A stretch of DNA of 64,000 nucleotides, from NCBI GenBank assembly GCA_035221665.1, contig CM069155.1, forward strand, positions 30,628,001 through 30,692,000, in the 5' to 3' direction. The notes under the pieces are model-generated. The model saw only the letters and a program-made list of their open reading frames with translations, made no database searches and was not told the DNA's origin. This stretch comes from Okamejei kenojei (Eukaryota). Of the stretch, positions 14,257 to 28,900 are shown one piece after another (within the stretch, counting starts at the first letter, position 1; each line of letters starts with the position of its first letter). Made by a program: the position numbers and the translations under genes.

Positions 14257-14598
14257 TGCTTAGATTCAGTTTGGTTCCTCTCCCAAAGGTGAATTTACTG
14301 TCATCCCACACAGCACAGTAATAATCGGCAGCGTCCTCCGATTGCACGTTGGTGATGGTTAAATGCATTTGGTTCGTGGATGACTCCACGGAACCCGTGA
14401 ATCTGTCTGGAATTCCGGTGCCTCTGGTTGAGCCTTCATACCACACGAAGACAGGAGCGCTGCCCGGCTTCTGCCAGTACCAGCTCGTGTACCAGCTACT
14501 GATGCTGCCCCCTGACAGGGTACAGGTGATTTTGACGGTTCTTCCCGGCGAGGTTGATATAGACGGGACCTGAGTCAAGGTAGTCTCCGCGTTTATAG
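14257..14598 (-). CDS. Ig light chain germline-joined VJ exon, cluster 1
   Basis: ETTLTQVPSISTSPGRTVKITC...WYWQKPG...DAADYYCAVWDDSKFTFGRGTKLNLS. V and J (FGxGT) are contiguous and in frame with no RSS. Acceptor ttctatcag, donor A|gtaagt. Confidence 0.97.
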
Positions 14599-14694
14599 CT
14601 GATAGAAAAAAACAGATAAATATACAGAACCATTAAAAAAAAACACAGCAGAATGTAAAACGATACAGCATTAATCATTCTGCGCTCTACTCAC

Positions 14695-14740
14695 AGTGGA
14701 AACAGGTCACCAAGGCGAGAACCCAAACCCATTCAGCCAT
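14695..14740 (-). CDS. Ig light chain leader exon, cluster 1
   Basis: ATG at 14740, MAEWVWVLALVTCFH, donor T|gtgagt. A 96-bp phase-1 intron joins it in frame to the VJ exon (…FHSINA/ETTLTQ). Confidence 0.93.
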
Positions 14741-14804
14741 GTCGAAGGTGATAAAGGAATATTTTGCTGCACAAATGCGGTTTTGAGCCGGTTCGAAGTT
14801 TCTC

Positions 14805-14870
14805 TTTTAAAGTCTTCAGCATCCCAACGTCACTAATTATTCATTATTCATGCAAATCTTTATCCACGTG
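14805..14870 (-). promoter_or_regulatory. IgL V promoter: TATA-like, CRE half-site, octamer, E-box
   Basis: Minus-strand TTTAAAA (14805-14811), TGACGT (14827-14832), octamer ATTTGCAT (14850-14857, light-chain orientation) and CACGTG (14865-14870). Confidence 0.85.
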
Positions 14871-16199
14871 ACATCGATTCACTGAATTATTGGCTCGATG
14901 TAAAATTATATTTCTGCAGCTCCAGTCCTTTGGGAGAAAGACATTTTCATGTTGTTTTAAGTGGAGGAGAATAGCAGACAACGGTGAACTCAACGGCTTC
15001 GGGGGGAGGGGGAGAGAAGCTCTGAGACTCATACGGCAACTGTTGTGTGAGAGCAGGCTCTTACTTACTGAGTAAAAGGGGTCAGCTGTGTTGAATGATG
15101 GGACTGTGGAGACTTTGCACTAATCCCCTTAAGCTTCCAAATAATTATAAAATAAAACATTTCCCCTTTTCCTACAAATAATTCGTTGTCGAGTAATATC
15201 GCAAGGCACCATTCCACTAAGCCCCTTCACTGGATTTAAAGTGTCAACTTGTATGATCAAATTAAACGGCACAAGAAAGTCTGTTAATATGTCTTCATCG
15301 CATGTGCGAGAGGACCAGAAGATGTTCACGCTTCAGACGGTCGAATTGAAGGGCATGGGAAGAACAATACATAATTAATTAAAGTAGAAATGTGAGGGAG
15401 TGAGGGAATGCTGTAGAGGGGTAAATGCATGCCATGGAACGGAGCCAGCTGAATGTGTTGTGTTCTTTTTACATGTATGGCTGCACGTTAACTCAAATAT
15501 CACTGCATCTTAATTGCTGCGTGTGACATTAAATGTGAACTTGAACTTGAAATCCACTAGCAAATTCAATTAAAATATCGGAAATTCCAGATTTCAATGT
15601 GAGCTTTCATTGTGAGCATTCAAAAGACAGATCCTACACACGTGCCACAAGAAATAAAATCCAAGTGCATGACACAGCCACGATTATCTAAACATGTTAC
15701 AGACAGCAGTAAACTAAGAGCAAAAACATTTTCTATGAGCAAAGTTGAATGGAAATCAGAAAATTGAGCAGCGAATTGTAAACAAATATGACAAAGGGAT
15801 CAATGAACATTAAAGGGGAATATCGAGATGACAGATAATAGAAACTGTAATTTTTCATCGGTCTGCACTACAGAACACGGACAACATCCCAGAAACGGCT
15901 GCAGACATGGTAGTGGAAGCAAGGGCCAAACTCACAAAAGTTGCAATCATTAGGAAGGTGATAGAGCCACGGGCTGACAGGTTCTTAAGATGTATTGTAT
16001 TTCATTCTAGAATCTTAATTCATCCCATTGCAGCGCTGAATTCATTGGTTTGAATTTTTATTTCAAAACTACCATGGAAGTTCCTTGCTGTTCATTTTCA
16101 TTCAGAACGGAAGAGAGACAGAAATGTTCCAAGCTATTACTAAAACGTTATAAAGGGTACTGACAAAATGATCAAAAAGGTCATCTCGCAAAAGTCAAA

Positions 16200-16990
16200 A
16201 TGTTGTTGAGAAAGAAAGAAAATTCAGAAATGAGAGGAGCAAAGGGGCTTGGGAATGCTGGTGCAGGATTCCCCAAAAGTTAATTTACAAGTCGGTAGTC
16301 AGGAAGGCGAATGCAATGCTAGCATTTCTATCGAGAGGGCCAGAACACAAAAACAAAATACAAAAACAGGGATATAATGCTGAGTCTTTATAAGGCACTG
16401 GTCAGACCGCATTTGGAGTGTGGTGAGCAGTTTTGGGCACCAATCTGAGGAAGGATGAGCAGGCTTTGGAGAGGGTCCAGAGGAGGTTTACGAGGGTGAT
16501 CCCAGGGATCCCAGGGACGACACAACCCTGATTAGACTGATCCAGGATGGGGAGGAATCTGCCTACAGACAGGAAGTGACAGCTGGCGTCCTGGTGCCTT
16601 CATAACAATCTGGAGCTCAATGACGGTGGAATTGATAGTAGACTTCAGGAGAGCGCCCCCTCCCCTCCTGGATAGAGTGGATATGGAGTGAATGTTTCGA
16701 CGAGCGGGGAGTCCAGGGCCAAAGGTTTATAGCCTCAGAATAAAAGGACGTACATTTACAAAAGGTGATGATGAGGAATGTCTTTAGTCAGAGGGTGGTG
16801 AATCTGCGGAATTCATTGTTACAGAACGCTGTGGAAGCCAAGTCAATGGATAGTTTTAAGGTGGAGATTGATTGGTTGTTGAGTGTTGTGGGTTATGGGA
16901 AGAAGTCAGGAGAATGGGTTGAGAGGGAGAGATAAATTAAGCATGATAGAATGGCGGGGTAGAATTGATGGGCCAAATAGCCCAATTCTG
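16200..16990 (+). mobile_element. Degenerate CR1 3' fragment interrupted by a Rex1-like piece
   Basis: CR1 motifs (gtcagaccgcatttggag...gtccagaggaggtttacgagg; gagggtggtgaatctg) surround a Rex1-like segment at ~16520-16670 (ggggaggaatctgcctacagac). Confidence 0.65.
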
Positions 16991-17139
16991 GTCCGACAAT
17001 TTATGAATTTATGAAGGTTGTTTCACCAATTTAACGAAAGGCTTTGAAGAAGTAGCATGCCGGGCAGGTATAATTTCGAGCAGGCATTTGATAAGGTGAT
17101 AAATCAAAGGTTGATCTGGTAAATAATATGGTAATATTG

Positions 17140-18235
17140 GGGATAGGGTATTGACGTGGATGGAGAACTATATGGCAAACAGTAAGCAAAGAGTAGGAAT
17201 TAACGGGTCCTTTTCAGAATGGCAGGCAGTGACTAGTAGGGTGCCACAAGGCTCAGTGATGGGGCCTCGGTTATTAAATATATATATTAACGATTATGAT
17301 GAAAGATTTAAATGTAACATCTCCATATTTGCTGATCACACAAAGCTGGTTGGCAGTGTGGGCTGCGAGGAGGACGCTATGAGGCTGCAGGGTGATTTGG
17401 ATAGGATGGGTCAGTGGGCAGATGCATGGCAGATGCAGTATCACGTAGAAAAATGTGATGTTATCCACTTTGATGGCAAAAACAGGAAGGCAGATTATTA
17501 CCTGAATGGTGTCAAATTAGGGAAAGGGGAGGTGCAACGAGACCTGGGTGTCCTTGAACATCAGTCACTGAAAGAAGGCATGCAGGTGCAGTCGGCAGTG
17601 AAGAACAGCGAATGGCACGTTGGCCTTCATAGCGAGAAGATTTGAGTATTGGAGCAAGGTGGTCCTACTGCAGTTGTACAGGGCCCTAGTGAGACCACAC
17701 CTGGAGTATCGTGTGCAGTTTTGGTCTCTAAATCTGAGGAAGGACATTCTTGCTATTGAGGGAGTGCAACGTAGGTTCACCAGATTAATCCCCGGGATGG
17801 TGGGACTGACATATGATCGAGTGGGCTTATATGCACTGGAATTTTGAAGGATCAGAGGGGATCTTATAGAAACATATAACATTCCTAACGGATGGATGCG
17901 CTAGATGCAGGTAAAATGTTTCCGATGATGGGGGAACCCAGGACCAGGGGTCCCAGTTTAAAAAAAAGGCTAGGCCATTTAGGACAGAGATGCGGAAACA
18001 CTTTTTTTACGCAGAGAGTTATGAATCTGTGGGATTCTCTGCCACAGAAGGCAGTGGAGGCCAATTCACTGGATGTATTCAAGAGAGAGTAAGAAATAAC
18101 TTTTCGGACTGATGGAACCAAGGGGTATGGGGAGAAAGCAGGAACGGGGTACTGCTTTTGGATGATCAGCCATGATCATATTGAATGGCGGTGCTGCTTG
18201 AAGGGCCGAATAGCCTATTCCTGCACCTATTTCCT
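17140..18235 (+). mobile_element. CR1 LINE 3' portion
   Basis: QRVGINGSFSEWQAVTSRVPQGSV, FADHTKL, RPHLEYRVQFWS, FFTQRV. Frameshifted, with the CR1 3' end cctgcacctatttcct. Confidence 0.93.
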
Positions 18236-20625
18236 AAGAGTCCTGTTATTTATGGTTATGAAAAGAACATTGGGCGATTAGTTGGAACATGGGCAAAATT
18301 CTGGTTGGAAAGTTGTAAAAACTGATGTGTCTCATAGATCAGTGCTGGAGCCCCAATTTCAAAAAATGCTAGAAAAAATGTTGGCTGTTGAATTTGCTAA
18401 AGACATGAAGAACGAAACAAGACCAACGTGTATGAGGATAGTTCCAGTGAATGGGCAAAGGCCTGTTAAATGCGGGATGTGGGAACATGTGAAATGTCAT
18501 TTTTTGCAGGGTAAGTGATATAAAAGAATGTTCTTTACAATATAGATACAAAATGCTGGGGTAACGCAGCGGGACAGGCTGGGACATCTCTGGAGAGAAG
18601 GAATGGTTAACGTTTCGGGTCGAGGCCCTTCCTATTTACATTACGGCAGTTTGCAGTGTTTTGAGATGCAGAATTATTTCGAGTTGATGGTGAGGATTCG
18701 CCACAGGCTAGAAACAGGTACAACAACTACCTTGGAAAGGTCACAGTGTCAGCATCTAACGCCAAAAAAAACGAATACAAACGAGAGAGGGTCTTAGTGC
18801 TTCAGTTATACTTCATCGCAGAATCGAGCAGAGTATCGAACTGTAAATGCCTTTGACGCAATTGAGAAAATGATTACTAGACCCATATCTGCAACGAGTG
18901 AGTTGTTTTATGAAGAATTGCTCGACGGTTAGAAGCGTGAGAGGTGCTTTAATTGAAGCACAGGTGATTATGCTGTATCTTAACAGCATGTGAAGGGAGA
19001 GGACAATTCGTCTGGGGTAATCTAATACTAAACGTCACCGGTTACACAAAAATAAATGCCCACTTCAAAAGTGAAGAAACAAAACACATCTCTCAGAATG
19101 TAGAAAGTCTCCTCAATTACGTTTCTGAAAATGTGGCAGAAGCAGTCTTTATTATTTTTCAAAGGTAGAAATATTCCTAATAAATAAGGTGGGATAGTGA
19201 TATGTTACCAGAGGTGGATGGGACCGCAGATCAGAGGTTGCAATCAGATTAGTCACCATTTTATTGTTTGGTGAATTAGCTTCAAGTGACCCAGTGCGGA
19301 TGGGGAACATCATCTCCTCCCCATTGACCACCAACACAGTGCATCTCAAGGCCGCGTGCTTTGCACCCTGTTCTACTTCCTTTACAGCCATGGAATGAAG
19401 CACAGCTCCAAAGTAATCTATTATCCACCCCCAACACCATTCTGTTTGGATGAATCACTGATGGTGCTGCGTCACCATAGAGAAGAGAGATAGAACACTT
19501 GGTTGAGTGGTATCAGAACAACAACCTTTTGCTCCAAAGCAACAAGACCGAAGTGGTCGCTGACTTCAACCAAACTCCTTGGCAAATTTATAGATGTAAA
19601 CCCTGGGGGTACTGAGAACTTCAGGTGCTGATATTTAAAAAAAACACAATGTGCTGGAGAAACTCAGCGGATCTCTAGAGAACATGGAAACCTGGGGATG
19701 GATGTATCCTGTCTGTATCAAGGGCAAGTCCGTTGGCGCGGCTCTGTCAGACCTACTCACCCCAGTCCGGGCCCACGTTCAGGGTGTCCTTGCAGAAAGC
19801 TGGTATCAGTTGCCTGTGCAGATCTGAAGAAATAAGCTTGGTGAGTGCGGACATGTGAATGGAGGATGTAGATGGCAAATGCACCTCATGCAGGTCTGAA
19901 GTAATGTCACTAATGGAAGTGGAGAATGATATTCATGTATATTTCGTGTTATTCTCCCCTGTCCAATGTGGAACTCCATTATTGTCCATTCGTGACACAG
20001 AATAAGACAGGCAAAACAAACATTAATATTCTTTGAATAAATGAATCACGCATCTTACCGTAGACTTTTTGATATCCAGCTCAATTGGAGATAACTGAAT
20101 TCAATATAAGTCTGTGATTTGGCGCTGATATCGGAGTTAAAGTAAATCTGAAATTAAAAGCTGGAATTGGTAACGCGAGCATGACGCTATTGGGTTGTAA
20201 TTAAAAGTAATTTCAGTTACTTTAAGAAGGAAAAGTCAAAAATGTATCTGAACCCAGACCTACAATTACTCAGAATTTGCCGAACGGGTCCTTCAAATAC
20301 AATAAACTGTGTAATGGAGAAAGGCAACAATACATGCAAAGCAACCACTCTGCATTGACCAGAGCTTCGAGTTTGGGCAAGTCATGGATAAAGTAAACCC
20401 AATCAAATGTCCAAAATCCTGTTTGCTACTGTATTCATGTTTGTCGAAAAAAAATTAAAGGCTCTCCCGGAGATATATAAGTTAACATTAATTTTATTCA
20501 CATTCAGTATGCACGAACATTTTGGCCAATTATTTCATTCTCCTCTATCCCCATAGTTAGTTGAGTTCTGTACCGACAGCAATATATTCACATCAACAAT
20601 CATGATAGAATACCGGCTTACACGC

Positions 20626-20627
<2 letters not shown>

Positions 20628-20708
<81 letters not shown>
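20628..20708. repeat. (GA)n microsatellite
   Basis: GA run with a single interruption. Confidence 0.97.
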
Positions 20709-20711
<3 letters not shown>

Positions 20712-21652
20712 TACTCAGCGTGCACTTCAAATTTAAATATGACAGGAGAATGAGCAAATGAATGATGGATGAAATCTATTACAGAGAAGTATGAGCTGGT
20801 ATATTTTGCCTCGTGTATGGAAGGGGGGGGGGGGTGCAATGTGCTTCATGGTGCGCAGGAACAGAGGGACTTTAGGTTCATGAGCACACATCTGCCAAAG
20901 TAGAAAGATATATCGCGAGAGTAGTGAGCAAAACCTGTGATATATGTTGGGTTGCAAAGAACATAGTATCGAGTAAGCGGACAGGTTAGCTGTCACGCTG
21001 GTTAGACCGTAATAGAATCAGAAAACTGTGAACGGGGAATATTTTTATGCAGTGAAAGATTCCGCCAAATCGCTCCCTGCAAATGTGAAGAAATTGCAGA
21101 TAAGGTTTCAAACCGAAATCACATCACTACGAACGAAGAGGCCTTCATTCAGACCTATTTCAACAAAGAAAGTGTGGAATCTAGATTCTGTTAAGTGTCT
21201 AGAATCTTTCAAAAGAAACATTGCGGTGCATGATTGTTTATTACAAAACAACTGGATCCCAAATATATCCTTCAAGGGGAAAATAATCAAATGATTGCTG
21301 GTCTGGCCTATACGTGAGCTCAGACACAATATTGCGGTTGACCCATTTCAGAATAGGCGTGTCGACCTTCAGCACAGAAGTAAGGCACGGCACCGCCATC
21401 TACTGTTAAAATCGGAGACTGCATCAGTATCTTCTGCCCACGCGGTCGATTTATATTACCTCCTTTACCCAGTGAGAGCTGCTTGTATGTTTTTTGTCCG
21501 AACACTTTTTTTTAAGACTATGTCACTATGAATTGCACTTACGAGGAAAAATATGTTGTGTTTGTTGCTCCAAGTGCAATCCAGCATTCAGTAAGTTCAT
21601 TGCCTCCGTTCCTTTTACTGTCATGTGTCAAAAGATAAAGCCGCTCCTCACT

Positions 21653-23928
21653 TAGTATAACCATATAACCATATAACAATTACAGCACGGAAACAGGCCC
21701 TCTCGGCCCTTCCAGTCCGTGCCGACCATTTGTTTTCCCCTAGTCCCATCTACCTGCACTCAGACCATACCCCTCCATTCCCTTCACGTCCATAATCCTA
21801 TCCACTTTACTCTTAAATGTTAAAATCGATCCTGCCTCCACCACTTCTGCTGGAAGCTGATTCCACACGGCCACCACCCTCTGAGTAAAGAAGTTCCCCC
21901 TCACGTTACCCCGAAACCTCTGTCCCTTAATTCTCATGTCATGCCCTCTTGTTTGAATCTTCCCTACCCTCAATGGGAAAAATGTATCCACGTCAACTCT
22001 GTCTATCCCTTTCATCATTTTAAAGACCTCAATCAAGTCCCCCCTTAACCTTCTGCGCTCCAAAGAATAAAGACCTAACTTGTTCAACCTTTCTCTGTAA
22101 CATAGTTGCTGGAACCCTGACAACATTCTAGTAAATCTCCTCTGTACTCTCTCTATTTTGTTGACATCCTTCCTATAACTAGGCGACCAAAATTGTACAC
22201 CATACTCCAGAATTGGTCTTACCAATGCCTTGTACAATTTTAACATTACTTCCCTACTCCTATATTCAATGCTCTGATTTATAAAGGCCAGCACACCAAA
22301 GGCTTTCTTTACCACCCTATCTACATGCGATTCCACCTTCAGGGAACTGTGCACAGTTATTCCTAGATCCCTCTGTTCCACAGCATTCCTCAATTCCCTA
22401 CCATTTACCATGTACGTCCTATTTTGATTTGTCCTGCCAAGATGTAGCACTTCACACTTATCAGCATTAAACTCCATCTGCCATCTTTCAGCCCACTTTT
22501 CCAAATGGCCCAAATCTCTCTGTAGACTTTGAAAATCTACTTCATTATCAATTTCACCACCTAGTTACCGCTTCAAAAAATTCAAGAAGGTTTGTCAAAC
22601 ATGTCCTTCCAGGCACAAATCCATGTTGACTGTTCCTGATCAGACCCTGTTTATCCAGATGCTTATATATATTATCTCTAAGTATCCTTTCCATTAATTT
22701 GCCCACCACTGACGTCAAACTAATAGGTCTATAATTGCTAGGTTTATTCTTTGAACCCTTTTTAAACAATGGAACAACATGCGCAGTACGCCAATCCTCC
22801 GGCACTATTCCCGTTTCTAATGACATTTGAAATATTTCTGTCATAGCTCCTGCTATTTCTACAATAACTTCCCTCAATGTCCTAGGGAATATCCTGTCAG
22901 GACCTGGAGACTTATCCACTTTTATATTTTTCAAAAGTGTCAGTACTTCCTCCTCTTTGAATCTCATAGTTTCCATAGCTACTCTACTCTTTCCCCTTAA
23001 CTCACCGAGTTCAATATCCTTCTCCTTGGTGAATACCGAAGAAAAGAAATTGTTCAATATCTCCCCCATCTCTTTTGGCTCTGTAGATAGCTGTCCATTC
23101 TGGTTCTCTAATGGTCCAATTTTATCCCTCGTTATCCTTTTGCTATTAATATAGCTGTAGAAACCCTTTGGGTTTACTTTCACCTTTCTTGCCAAAGCAA
23201 CCTCATATCTTCTTTTAGCCTTCCTAATTTCTTTCTTAAGATTCTTTTTACATTCTTTATACTCCTCTAGCACCTCATTTACTCCATGCCTCCTATAATT
23301 ATTGTAGATATCTCTCCTTTTTCGAAACGTGTCCAATTTCCCTTGAAAATCATGGCTCGTTCCAATTTTTACTATTTCCTTTCAACCTAACAGGGACATA
23401 AAGATTCTGTACTCTTACAATTTCCCCTTTAAATGTCCTCCATTTCTCTTCTACATCCTTCCCATGAAACAAAGTGTCCCAATTCACTCCTTTAAAATCC
23501 TTACGCATTCCCTCAAAGTTAGCCTTTCTCCAATCAAAAATCTCTACCCTAGGTCCAGTTCTGACTCTCTCCATAATTATATTGAAACTAATGGTATTGT
23601 GATCACTGGTCCCGAAGTGCTCACCAACGCATACCTCCGTCACCTGACCTGCCTCATTTCCTGTCCAGCACTGCCCCTTCTCTGGTCGATACCTCTATGT
23701 ACTGCTGCAAAAAAAACTATCCTGCACACATTTTACAAACTCCAAACCATCCAGCCCATTATGCCTTCCCCAAAAGAGGTCCCAGTGATCAGGAAACTTG
23801 AATCCCTGCCCACTGCACCAGTCCCTCAGCCACGCATTTATCCTCCACCTCATTTCATTCCTACTCCCACTGTCACGCGGCACAGGCAGTAATCCTGAAA
23901 TCGTTACCATTTTGGTCCTTCTAGTATA
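21653..23928 (-). mobile_element. CR1 LINE, duplicate of 3435-5704
   Basis: Same motifs and TAGTATA flanks. An extra 4 bp near 22556 splits the ORF into 260-aa and 257-aa pieces. Confidence 0.95.
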
Positions 23929-24935
23929 GCGGCAAGGACCACAGAAGATCGTCGAACGCAGCGCCACATCATGCAGGATGAAATTTTATTCGAAGCTACA
24001 TCTTGGGTTGTTGTGAGCGGCCAGACAACGTTATTTTACGATACAGAGATATGTGCTCCTGCTCACCAACCCCCGCATTCCTCTGCCAACTGGGCTTCTT
24101 TTTGTTCAGGTCCCGATGATTTGTGCAGATCCGCTGTCAGCATGTATCACTTGGAATTATTCAGTATGGAAACAGCCGTTCGGCCCAACAAGTACCACCT
24201 GCCCGCGTTTGGCACGTATCCCTCTCAACCTTTCCTATCTTTGTACTTGTCGAAATGATTATTAAATGTTGTTATAGTACCTGTTTGAACTACCTCTTGT
24301 GGCAGCTCGTTCCATATACTCACCAATCTCTGTGCGAAAATGTTACCCCTCAGGTTCCTATTAAATCATTCATCTCTCACCTTAAACCTACGTCCGCTAC
24401 TCTTTTACCCAGAGGTAAAAGCGGTTGTGAACTGCGATCCATCCACTTGTGATCATATAAGCATAGGAATTGTTCCCAATTATATTGTTGTTTACGAATG
24501 ATCTGCATTCAAATACATGCAATTTCATAAACTTCCCAATCATTTATTTACGTAATATCATGTGAGAGTTGTACTACCATTTCTTCCGTGAAATTAAATC
24601 TAACGGGGAATGAGAGATATTGCCCTCTGGGTTTTCTTCCGGAAGACGACCAAATTGCAGAACAAATGAGAATTTTCACGAGAGCTCTCAGGTTGTTACG
24701 CAGATTTATGAGTTGTAAATGCAGTGCATGATGGATATAACAACTGGTGAAATTTACTAAATTGCAGTAATGCAATTGAATATATATCACAGTAGCTTCC
24801 AGTCGAAGCACCTTTAAAAGATGTAGTTATATAATTTGATTCTCGCCTAATTTCATTGAAAACACCATTATTCATTTCAACAGATTAACTACCTCAAAAG
24901 GAGGAAATTTGTAATAAATAGCGAATCATACAAAA

Positions 24936-25957
24936 GTGTCAGTCTCGATAACAATCAGCACAGGAGCACCTCAAGGCTGCGTGCTTAGCCCCCTGCTGTA
25001 CTCACTCTATACTCATGATTGCGTAACCTGTCATAGTGCGAACTCCATCATCAAGTTCGCTGATGACACCACTGTTGCGGGACGTATCACTGATGGGGAC
25101 GAGTCAGAGTATAGAAGTGAGATCGACTGACTGGCCAAATGCTGCCAGCACAATAACCTGGCCCTCAACACCAGCAAAACCAAGGAACTGATTGTGGACT
25201 TTGGACGGGGTAGGATGCAGACCCACAATCCCGTTTATATCAACGGATCGATGGTGGAAAGGGTCAAGAGCTTCAAATTCCTGGGTGTGCACATCTCTGA
25301 AGATCTCTCCTGGTCCAAGAACACCGATGCTATTATAAAGAAAGCACATCAGCGCCTCTACTTCCTGAGAAGATTACGGAGAGTCGGTATGTCAAGGAGG
25401 ACTCCCTCTAACCTCCACAGGTGCACAGTAGAGAGCATGCTGACCAGTTGCATCGTGGCTTGGTTTGGCAACTTGAGTGCCCAGGGCCGAAAAAGACTAC
25501 AAAAAATAGTAAACACTGCCCAGTCCATCATCGGCTCTGACCTCCCTACCATGGAGGGGATCCATCGCAGTTGCTGCCTCAAAAAGGCTGGCAGCATCAT
25601 CAAAGACGCACATCATCCTGGCCACACACTCATCTGCCCACTACCTTCAGGTAGAAGGTACAGGAGCCTGAAGACTGCAACGTCCAGGTTCAGAAACAGC
25701 TTATTCCCCACAGCCACCAGGCTATTGAACTCAACTCAAACAAAACTCTAAACATTAATAGCCCATTATCTCTTTATTTGCACTTTATCTGTTTTATTTA
25801 TTCACGTGTGTATATATTTATACAATGGTGTATGGAAACACTGATCTGTTCTGTATTCATGCCTTCTATATTCTGCTGTGCTGAAGCAAAACAAGAATTT
25901 CATTGTCCTATCTGGGACACATGACAATAAACACTCTTGCATCTTGAATCTTGAATC
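24936..25957 (+). mobile_element. Rex1/Babar-clade LINE 3' portion, duplicate
   Basis: GAPQGCVLSP, FADD and KKAHQRLYFLRRL motifs. Same tail as 6712-7735. Confidence 0.9.
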
Positions 25958-28900
25958 ATACACAAAGAATATATCAACTGGAAAAAGCAGCAGGTCTCAA
26001 ATTCTGGACCTAAAAGCATCCCTGGCTTTAACTATTTTTATTATTGACGTCAGTCTTCCCCTGGCAAAACCCAAATCTCTGGAATTTCACCCCAACATAT
26101 CTTCATCTCACTTCTTTGTACTCCTCCTTGTAGCTGACCTCAAAAGCCATCTCTGTTGACCAAATTCTAGACCCCAGCTCTTTTTTATTAATTAGGAAGT
26201 GACATTTCCTTCTGCAACTGTTGCAGTTTTATACATACATTTCAAATTTATTTATTTTAATGGTCATTTAAAAATGTGGATTATTGGATTCAGGTTACAC
26301 CATAGAAATTCATTGGATTCAGCTTACACCATCTGACACCATTGGAAGTGGAACAATGTTAACATGGAAATTGTCCTTCATGTCTGGTCTGACCAACCTA
26401 CTTCCACAAACTGCATTGTAATTCCACTGTACCAGAACCAACATAATCTCACCAAATACAGTCGGAACGCAGAAGAGCCTACCATTGATGTGAACAATAA
26501 AGCCATTGAAGAAAAAACTAAACGCTGACCAGTATTTTCAAAATACCCATCGCCCATCAAAAGCAAACGAAGCCTCGCGGGGGTAAGGGAAAATGGGGAC
26601 AAAGCTTGGATATGTTCCACTTGCAACTGGGTTTAGGATATCAATGTTGATCATCGACAAATCATTTATTTTGCCCTTTCTGGTGAATGGGGCTGGCCTA
26701 GTTGTAGACCGGGAATTAATTCTGACGTAGCGACATGCATTAAGAAGACCACTATCACCTCGGTGGGAGAACTCATGCCTTAATGACTACCGTCTCGATG
26801 TCTTGACATCCACCATTACGAATTGCTTCTAGAGCAACCAGATTGAGCCTACCAAGCAGCCTTGATCAACAGCAGTTCTACAGCAGCACAACAGATCCAC
26901 TGCTGATGCCATCTCTCTGGCCATACACTTTTCCCTGGAACATCTGGATGAGACGAGCACCTACATCAGATCTACATAGAATAGAGCCCTGTTTTCAATA
27001 CCATTACCCTAAGCAAGCTCATCTCCAAACTATTGGAACGGAATCAGCACTTCGTGACCAATGGACCACAATCTGTGTGGATAGGTGACCAATCAGCTAC
27101 CCGAGCAAAATGTGTTGCTATTCCTCCAATGTGCGTGTACACTCACTCTGACAATGGAGGAGGCCCAGGCCAGAAATGTCAGTGCAAAGGGAAGGGGGGG
27201 GGGGGGGGGGGGGTGGTTAAAGGGGCTAGCCACCGGGGGATCTAGTAGGCCTTCGCAAGTTCAGTTAAACGGCCGCCGAGTCTACGCCGATGTTCAGTAG
27301 CCCACATCCGGAACACCAGATCTAGGAGATAAGGTTAGAGAATGTGCATGTGCATCTCACTGCCGAGGTCGCTGGGTGGAGCTGAGGGTGACGGAATAAG
27401 GACAGATATTAAATCTCCCGCGGTTGCAGGGTAAGTTGGCTGGAGTGGGAGTGGCTTCAGTGGAAAGCGACGAATGAAACAAGGAGATGCGGAGGGAATG
27501 GTCTCTGCGGAAGGTGGAAAAGGTTGGAGATTGGAAGATGTGCTTAGTGGTGGGATCACGTTGGGAGGTGACAAAAAATGTTTGTGGAATTACTGCTCTG
27601 ATCTGTCAGATTCAACAAAGTCTAGTACAAGCTCTGGCATTGAATGGGTTGGGAGAAGGGTATGATGAGGTTGGACTGTAGAGCGACAGCCTGTTTCAAA
27701 ATAATTAGTTTAGTTAAGTTTAGTAGAAAATAATAATTGAGATACAGCGCCGGGTCAGGCCCTTCGGCCCACTGAGTCCGCATCGACGAGCGATCCCCGC
27801 ACATGCTCTGGAAACAACTTAGGAAACCGAATTTCTCGGAGAAACCCCACGTAGGTCACGGGAAGAACAAATTAGGTACAGAGAAGCTCCAGGAGCCGGG
27901 ATCGAACAGTGTCTCTGGTGCCGTGAGCGCTGTAATGCTGCAACTCTACCGCTGCGCCACCGTGCCCGCCCATGAATTAGTATGGTGTGAATTGTAGGGA
28001 CCAAGAATAGATCCCTGGGAGGTTCAGGGGTTGATGGGGAAGGGGGCGGGGGCCGGGGTCGCTGTTGTCGGAGAAAATCAGACATTTCTGTCTTATTTTT
28101 GCAACTGAACTAGGAAGTGAAGAAACGGACGAGCATTCCAATCCAGTGGACGGAAGTGTTTAGTTTACTTCACTACAGCGAGGAAACAGGCCCTTCGGCT
28201 AATCTAGTCAACACCGACCAGTAATCAGTATATCTATCCAATTGGGACAATTAACAGAAGGCAATTTTACAAGGGGTTGTAAAACTATAAAATACGAGAT
28301 TGTTTATTTTTTTAAATCGCATTTTGTAAATTAATTATATCGTTGAAAAAGCTGATTCAAGAAAATGAAAATAGTATATATTTAAGGATAAAACGCTACT
28401 TTTCTTTCTACTCTCAGTTTTAATTTCGACTCTCCATTTAATCAATGTTATGAGATTAATGTTATGTCGGACAAGAAGTGGATTGAAGAGTTAAATTCGA
28501 TCAGAGAGGTGGTCATAATACTGGACAAATCCAGCAAACAAGACTTCGCCATTACACGCTACATGACTCGCCGGGTCAGGCAGCGTCTGATTAGAATGGC
28601 GAGGCATCATTTCAGGTCGAGACCCTTCTGCAGACTCATTAGAACAGAAGGGAGAAAGCTGGAAAATAGATCTGAGGTGTGATACAACCTGCCAAGTGAT
28701 AGGCGGATACATGTGAGAGGGGGTTGATTAGCAGATGGGGGTGGGGGGTTAATTGGCAAAGGCTGGGGGTGAAAAGGGAACAAAAAGTGAAATCAGCCAC
28801 AAAATAAGTGGGAAAGGCAGTGAATGATAACCGTGGGGGAAGGGATGGGGTGAAAATAGACAGCACACGTCTCCAACCTGTTATTTTACTTCTGGAAATT

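Larger units (their letters stand above)
1..18224. repeat. Tandem segmental duplication, unit 1 (IgL cluster unit, period ~18.2 kb)
   Basis: Position 1 (acctatttcctaagag) recurs at 18225. The units are colinear and nearly identical up to about 16395 vs 35391, including every repeat, the (GA)n tract and the IgL exons. Confidence 0.97.

Noticed and set aside
14314-14698. Heptamer-like CACAGTA (14314-14320) and CACAGTG (14692-14698) as RSS
   Set aside because: No nonamer at 12/23 spacing. The first is the usual Tyr-Cys codon context, the second the leader splice junction.
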